This document shows, piece after piece, positions 59,301 to 64,000 of a stretch of DNA of 64,000 nucleotides. The position numbers and the translations under genes are program-made. The DNA is from Tubulanus polymorphus. Its lineage: Eukaryota > Animalia > Nemertea. The notes below the pieces were generated by a model that was not told the origin of the DNA, ran no database searches, and worked only from the letters and a program-made list of their open reading frames with translations. The stretch's first letter is position 1, and every line of letters starts with the position of its first letter. The stretch lies in NCBI RefSeq assembly GCF_964204645.1, contig NC_134027.1, forward strand, positions 24,514,560-24,578,559, given 5' to 3'.

Positions 59301-60802
59301 CAACTCGGGGAATAAAATTAGCAACAGAATGCATGTATACATTGCGTTTATTGCCGCTGAAAAAGGAACACAGCTCGTTCGTCCGTTGACAACGATGTGA
59401 GGTTTTTTCCAACAGAATTTGCACCAGCTGCAATCAATGCGTTTACACGTACGTGCCTATAACACATATCTATATATATATATATATATATATAGCGTGA
59501 AGTCGCCAGGCGTCCGGTAAACATTTAACTTCCTTCGCTAACGAACACCATTTCTTCGGTGATTTCGATCAATAGGTCGTTAAACTCTTCGCAACAACTG
59601 GTGGATCGGCAATTTTATTAGCCCAGTCGATAAGGAACGTTTGGCGTATGCACTAAAGTGCGGGTGGAATGCGAGAAGGCAATGAACTCCGCACTCGTCT
59701 CTGACATCGAGCGAATTATATTCTTATATCAACGTCGGCTTTAATTCGAAATCAAAAGCTAAATCGATATCGTAAACATTTTTGAGGAAGGTCGGTTTGT
59801 CTGGTTACCGTTCTGTTACAAGCGCCTAATAAGGCGACGCGTACCGAGTGTCCGGTGTATATGACGCAGTAATGGAATTTACCCGGGGACTACAGGATGA
59901 TAGCGAGTAAAACGAAATTGCCTATTTGGGACTCAACTCGGCGGTGATAAGAATCACGTGACGAGCGTACGATGCACGCGAGATAGATCGGGAAAGATCG
60001 GTTTGAAAACAAATTAGTAAGAATCAGCTGTACTCGGCGGAGACGGAGAGGGAAAGAGAGAGAGAGAGAGTAGGGGAGAGAGAGAGTGAGGAGAGCAGAA
60101 CGTGTGGCGGTATCCGGCACCGCTAAAAGGTGACATCCTCACGCAACACCACGCAATCAGTAGATGCATAGACGATGAGATAGCGCGCAACAGAAACAAC
60201 CCGGGCAAAAATAAATAGCATCGCTGTTTAATAGCTAAACGAGCAGGCAAAGCCATATCTGAGTGAATTCGTACATTTTAAAGAACCGGCTGCGCTATTT
60301 CTCGACTTGACTTGAAGAAACGCGAGTTCATTTTGATATCGCGCGTACTGGATACTCGGTCGTCTGCGTGGCTGTTATTATGGATTCGGATTTGACGTCG
60401 AGTGTTTTTGATTGTAAACAATTCTAATCGTTAAAAGCGATCAAGCGGTAATCGATGTATTTGTAAAGTGCGCGTATACCGCTAATACAGTGAGTTATAA
60501 TACTCTCGCCGCAAAATATCAACACTTCGTGAAATATCATCGGTGAATATATACGCTAGCGGCAGCAGCGGCCAGGCAGACGTTCGGGTTCAACGGTTTT
60601 CATCATTCAAATATTCTAGAATCCAAACACATGCCTAACTAATATACGTACTTAAAAAGTGGTATAAGTACGCGGATTATAGGATTAGGATTAGCGATGA
60701 CGTAACGCGGCGTTCTGTATCGTCGGTTTGAATTCGCTCGCGACGCGCGGTTCAGTATTCGGAAAGTTTGTGCATGTATGCGCGAACGAACTTAGTTATC
60801 AA

Positions 60803-60815
60803 ATGGCTACAAAAT
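60803..60815 (+). CDS. Possible first coding micro-exon of an unidentified downstream gene (MATK, phase 1)
   Basis: tcaaATGGCTACAAAAT|gtaagt: good Kozak context and consensus donor at the end of a CpG-rich region (59900-60800); no downstream exon identified. Confidence 0.3.
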
Positions 60816-63800
60816 GTAAGTATTTTACCCCCTCCTAACGTACTCTCATTTTTGTAAACGCTGTAAATCCGCGCTAGAATTAAATATTTAGAAGGTCAAG
60901 GTCACCCGTGTGAAAAATCGTGTCGTCGTTACGAAATCGCTTCCGGTTTTTGTAATCCCGAGGCCGGTTAAAGCTTTTTCAGCATTTAGATATGGCGTTG
61001 TATCAGTTGTGGGCGGATTGCCGGAAGTTTTGTTCAAGCGATATCGTGGCAAGTTGCGCATACACGTAAGACTAGTCCATCTCGTCCATCTTACACTAAG
61101 TCAAGTTTGGTTCGGTATAGCCGATCGAAAAATTAAGAGCAGTCAAATGATTAAAGGCCACCATTGAAACCTGCACTCAATCGGGCCGTGTTTGAAAACC
61201 ACGCGTATATACCAGTAGTTTGGAAGCATAGAAATTACATCTTCAATTCTTTTTAAACTGTGTTTATTCAAATGTACACTGCAGTGATAGATCCATACGG
61301 CTTCGAAGCTAGCATTAATCAGCTATTCTAAATATGAATAGTTCCGAGGATTAACTGTGCGCGCTTAAATGTTAGCTAATAAATTTTAGATTGCAGCCAT
61401 CTGGGCGATGATGAATGCTCGAATTGAATCTAATCGTCATTATTTGTTGGTTGTAAACTAAAACTAGTCGTTGTTGAAATTGAACACATTGATACGGTTG
61501 CCCTATTTTTTCCGAATTTTCTTTATTTCCTCCGTTCGACGCAATATTTTCAATATCACGGCTCGATTCGTTATTGCGAGGTTTTGGTAAACGGGCAGAG
61601 GGAACATCAGTTTAGATTTAAGAGGAATGCGATCGGATAGGATTCTGTTTCCGTATACATTTTCACAAAATTGATGAATAAACAAGATTATATCATAAAC
61701 AATCCTGAGAGTGATGTAAAAATGTTAGATGAAGGACTGCTTGACGCAATGATTTGCTTATACAAGATCTCAGGAATAGAAAGAAAATGTTTAGAACGAG
61801 AAAAACTGAATGGAAAAAAGGTAAAACGACATAATAACAAGCATTGATTGACATATCGTAAATATAGCGTTTGGAATTCCGAAAAAAAATGAATCAGCGA
61901 GCAAAAAGGAAAGACAGGGGAATGAGAGACGGGGAAAGAGGAGATAGGACAAAACGGGTTCGCAAGGAATACGGAGCGTATAGGGTCGAAAAGGAGAGTG
62001 GGACAGGATAATCTTCTGACAGGATAATCTTCAGGGGTCAAAAAGTGGTCTTAAATCTTAAGACCAGTCTTAAGTTGTTAGATTGGCTATAGAACTAAGT
62101 TGGTCTTAGACTGGTCTTAAGTCTAAGCCATGACTACGCAACCGGCCCCAGAACCGCAGCGTTCATAATAGTATATAAAGAAATAATCAGTATTGTATAG
62201 GCGACAGTATCAAACACTGTCTCTCGATTAACCAGGTGAAATGAGATTGCGCTCGCGTGTGCTGGATCACGGAATCAGTCACATGTAACTCACTGATTCT
62301 ATTAGCAATAGCAGTAATGAACAATCGTGTGTATATGTTGCATCTTCTTCAAATTATGCGAATAGACCTCCATGTACGTCGCAGTCACATCGGTCGTCGT
62401 AGTTGAAATTCTTTGTCGCTCGCCGATAATGAATTTAGCATCCGGCAGCTCGCTCGCCGATCGCGCAGAAACACACCCGGATTGCTGATAAATGAAATCT
62501 AGCAATAATTGAGTATTCAATCTAAAAAGAATTATCGGGGCGGCCATTTGAAATTATCACCGCCATTCTTAGCCGACGATCGAACTCCTCGTACTCGAAA
62601 CTCATTAGTTGCGTTCGACTACTAGGGCTTATTTATAATTGAAGAAGCTTAATTTTCCTATTCACGAAACGGAAAACCGAACCTCGGTTGAGGTCGCAAA
62701 TAGGTATCGAATAGTTGATTAGAATTGTGGCGATTCATATACTCCTAATCATCCCGCATAATACTTAGCTCGAGGATATCAAATTATTTCATCACTGATT
62801 TTGCAAGATACCAACTCCACGAGCCAAAATTAATCGTGGCCTTTTAAGTCACAACTTACCATAAGGTAAAGTAGTCATTACTTTAACTAGCCCCAATTTC
62901 AGACGTTCTTAACCAAGAGTTCTAATTTTGTTTAATACGCAGTTGTTCTATTGTGAATGAATGTAATTGGCTCATAATGAAAGAGCTTTGGCATCTCTTC
63001 AGGTAAAAGTCTTTACGACTGAATCATTGTTGTAAGATGATAGGAAAATCCTTATTTTACGCGTAGCTAAAACCCAATACTTTCTCTATTTATATATATA
63101 TACGTGAGCGAAAGTGTACGATTAAGTAGATATAAGAAGTTTATTTAATTAGCGAACATCTGTAGAATGATGAGTCCATCGGGAATGATGTTCGCCTGGG
63201 GGCGAGTGAGATCCGGATTCAGAAATATACCATTCCGCACGTGCTGATTCAACTGAGAAAAGATAAAATACCTACGTTAGAGGCCTACGTTATGTACGTT
63301 ACAACCCCCTCTGCGTATCGGCATACGCAAGCGTAGGACGAGTTCGAAACATTATATCTTCTCCGTAATAAATGTCCATTATACCACCATCAGAATGATC
63401 AATTTCTAATGTGACTCTTAACAAACTGTAAACAAGTACACGACCTTGAATAAACGACTGGGGGCTTTTAAACACATTTGAATGGCCCAAAGTAATGGCT
63501 CAGCATGTCAGGTGTACCGGTATATGTATTTTCAAAACTGTTACGCCACTGATTTAATGTACGGTTGGCAATTGGTGTCTGAATAGATATTTCAGCGAAA
63601 ATTGAATGAAAAAAATAGATATCTTTTAGAAAATCCTCTGTGCTGGGCCTATTTTCGACAGGAAGTAAGGACAGAGGGCTACTCTAAATGTAACGGAACC
63701 TCTGATTGGTCCGTGTACGAGCTATTCAACGAAGCTAGCCAATAAGATTTGCCGACTCGTAAATCGATTGAACAATATCGAACTTCCTGTTCGAAATTAA

Positions 63801-64000
63801 ATGCTTTAACGATTTTGCAGTTGCTAGCCACCATTCTCAACTTCTATCCTGCATCGTTGGGTCATTTTTTTTCTCTTGTCTTAAAACTATTTGTGATGCG
63901 TGTTTAATTCTGTCCTTTGATGGATTGAAGACTTTGGCATCGTCCTAACTTTGTCAGTCCCTATCGTTTCGAGCGGTGTGAAAATTCATAGTCACAAATT

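Overview
AT-rich, intron-containing animal genomic DNA. It is probably a marine invertebrate/lophotrochozoan; this is inferred from gene and repeat content, and the species cannot be determined. Three gene systems can be reconstructed. (1) A 3-exon AQP4-like aquaporin on the minus strand (1109-2999, 287 aa). (2) A 21-exon FGD5/FGD6-like RhoGEF with DH-PH-FYVE-PH domains on the minus strand (9396-32412, about 1783 aa), with every intron phase consistent. (3) A cluster of six intronless-CDS rhodopsin-class, FMRFamide-receptor-like (putative chemosensory) GPCRs: five in tandem on plus (33638-49440) and one divergent copy on minus (51464-52588). Copies 2-4 lie in near-identical ~4.05-4.08 kb tandem duplications. 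The most notable signal is in this array: patchwork sharing of variants between paralogs, and a hyperdivergent extracellular loop 2 in one copy whose flanks are almost unchanged. There is also a shared upstream element with a perfect palindrome. The rest consists of MITEs (piggyBac-like, Harbinger-like, pogo-like), MITE-associated minisatellites, LINE 3' fragments and microsatellites. A possible first exon of another plus-strand gene lies near 60.8 kb.
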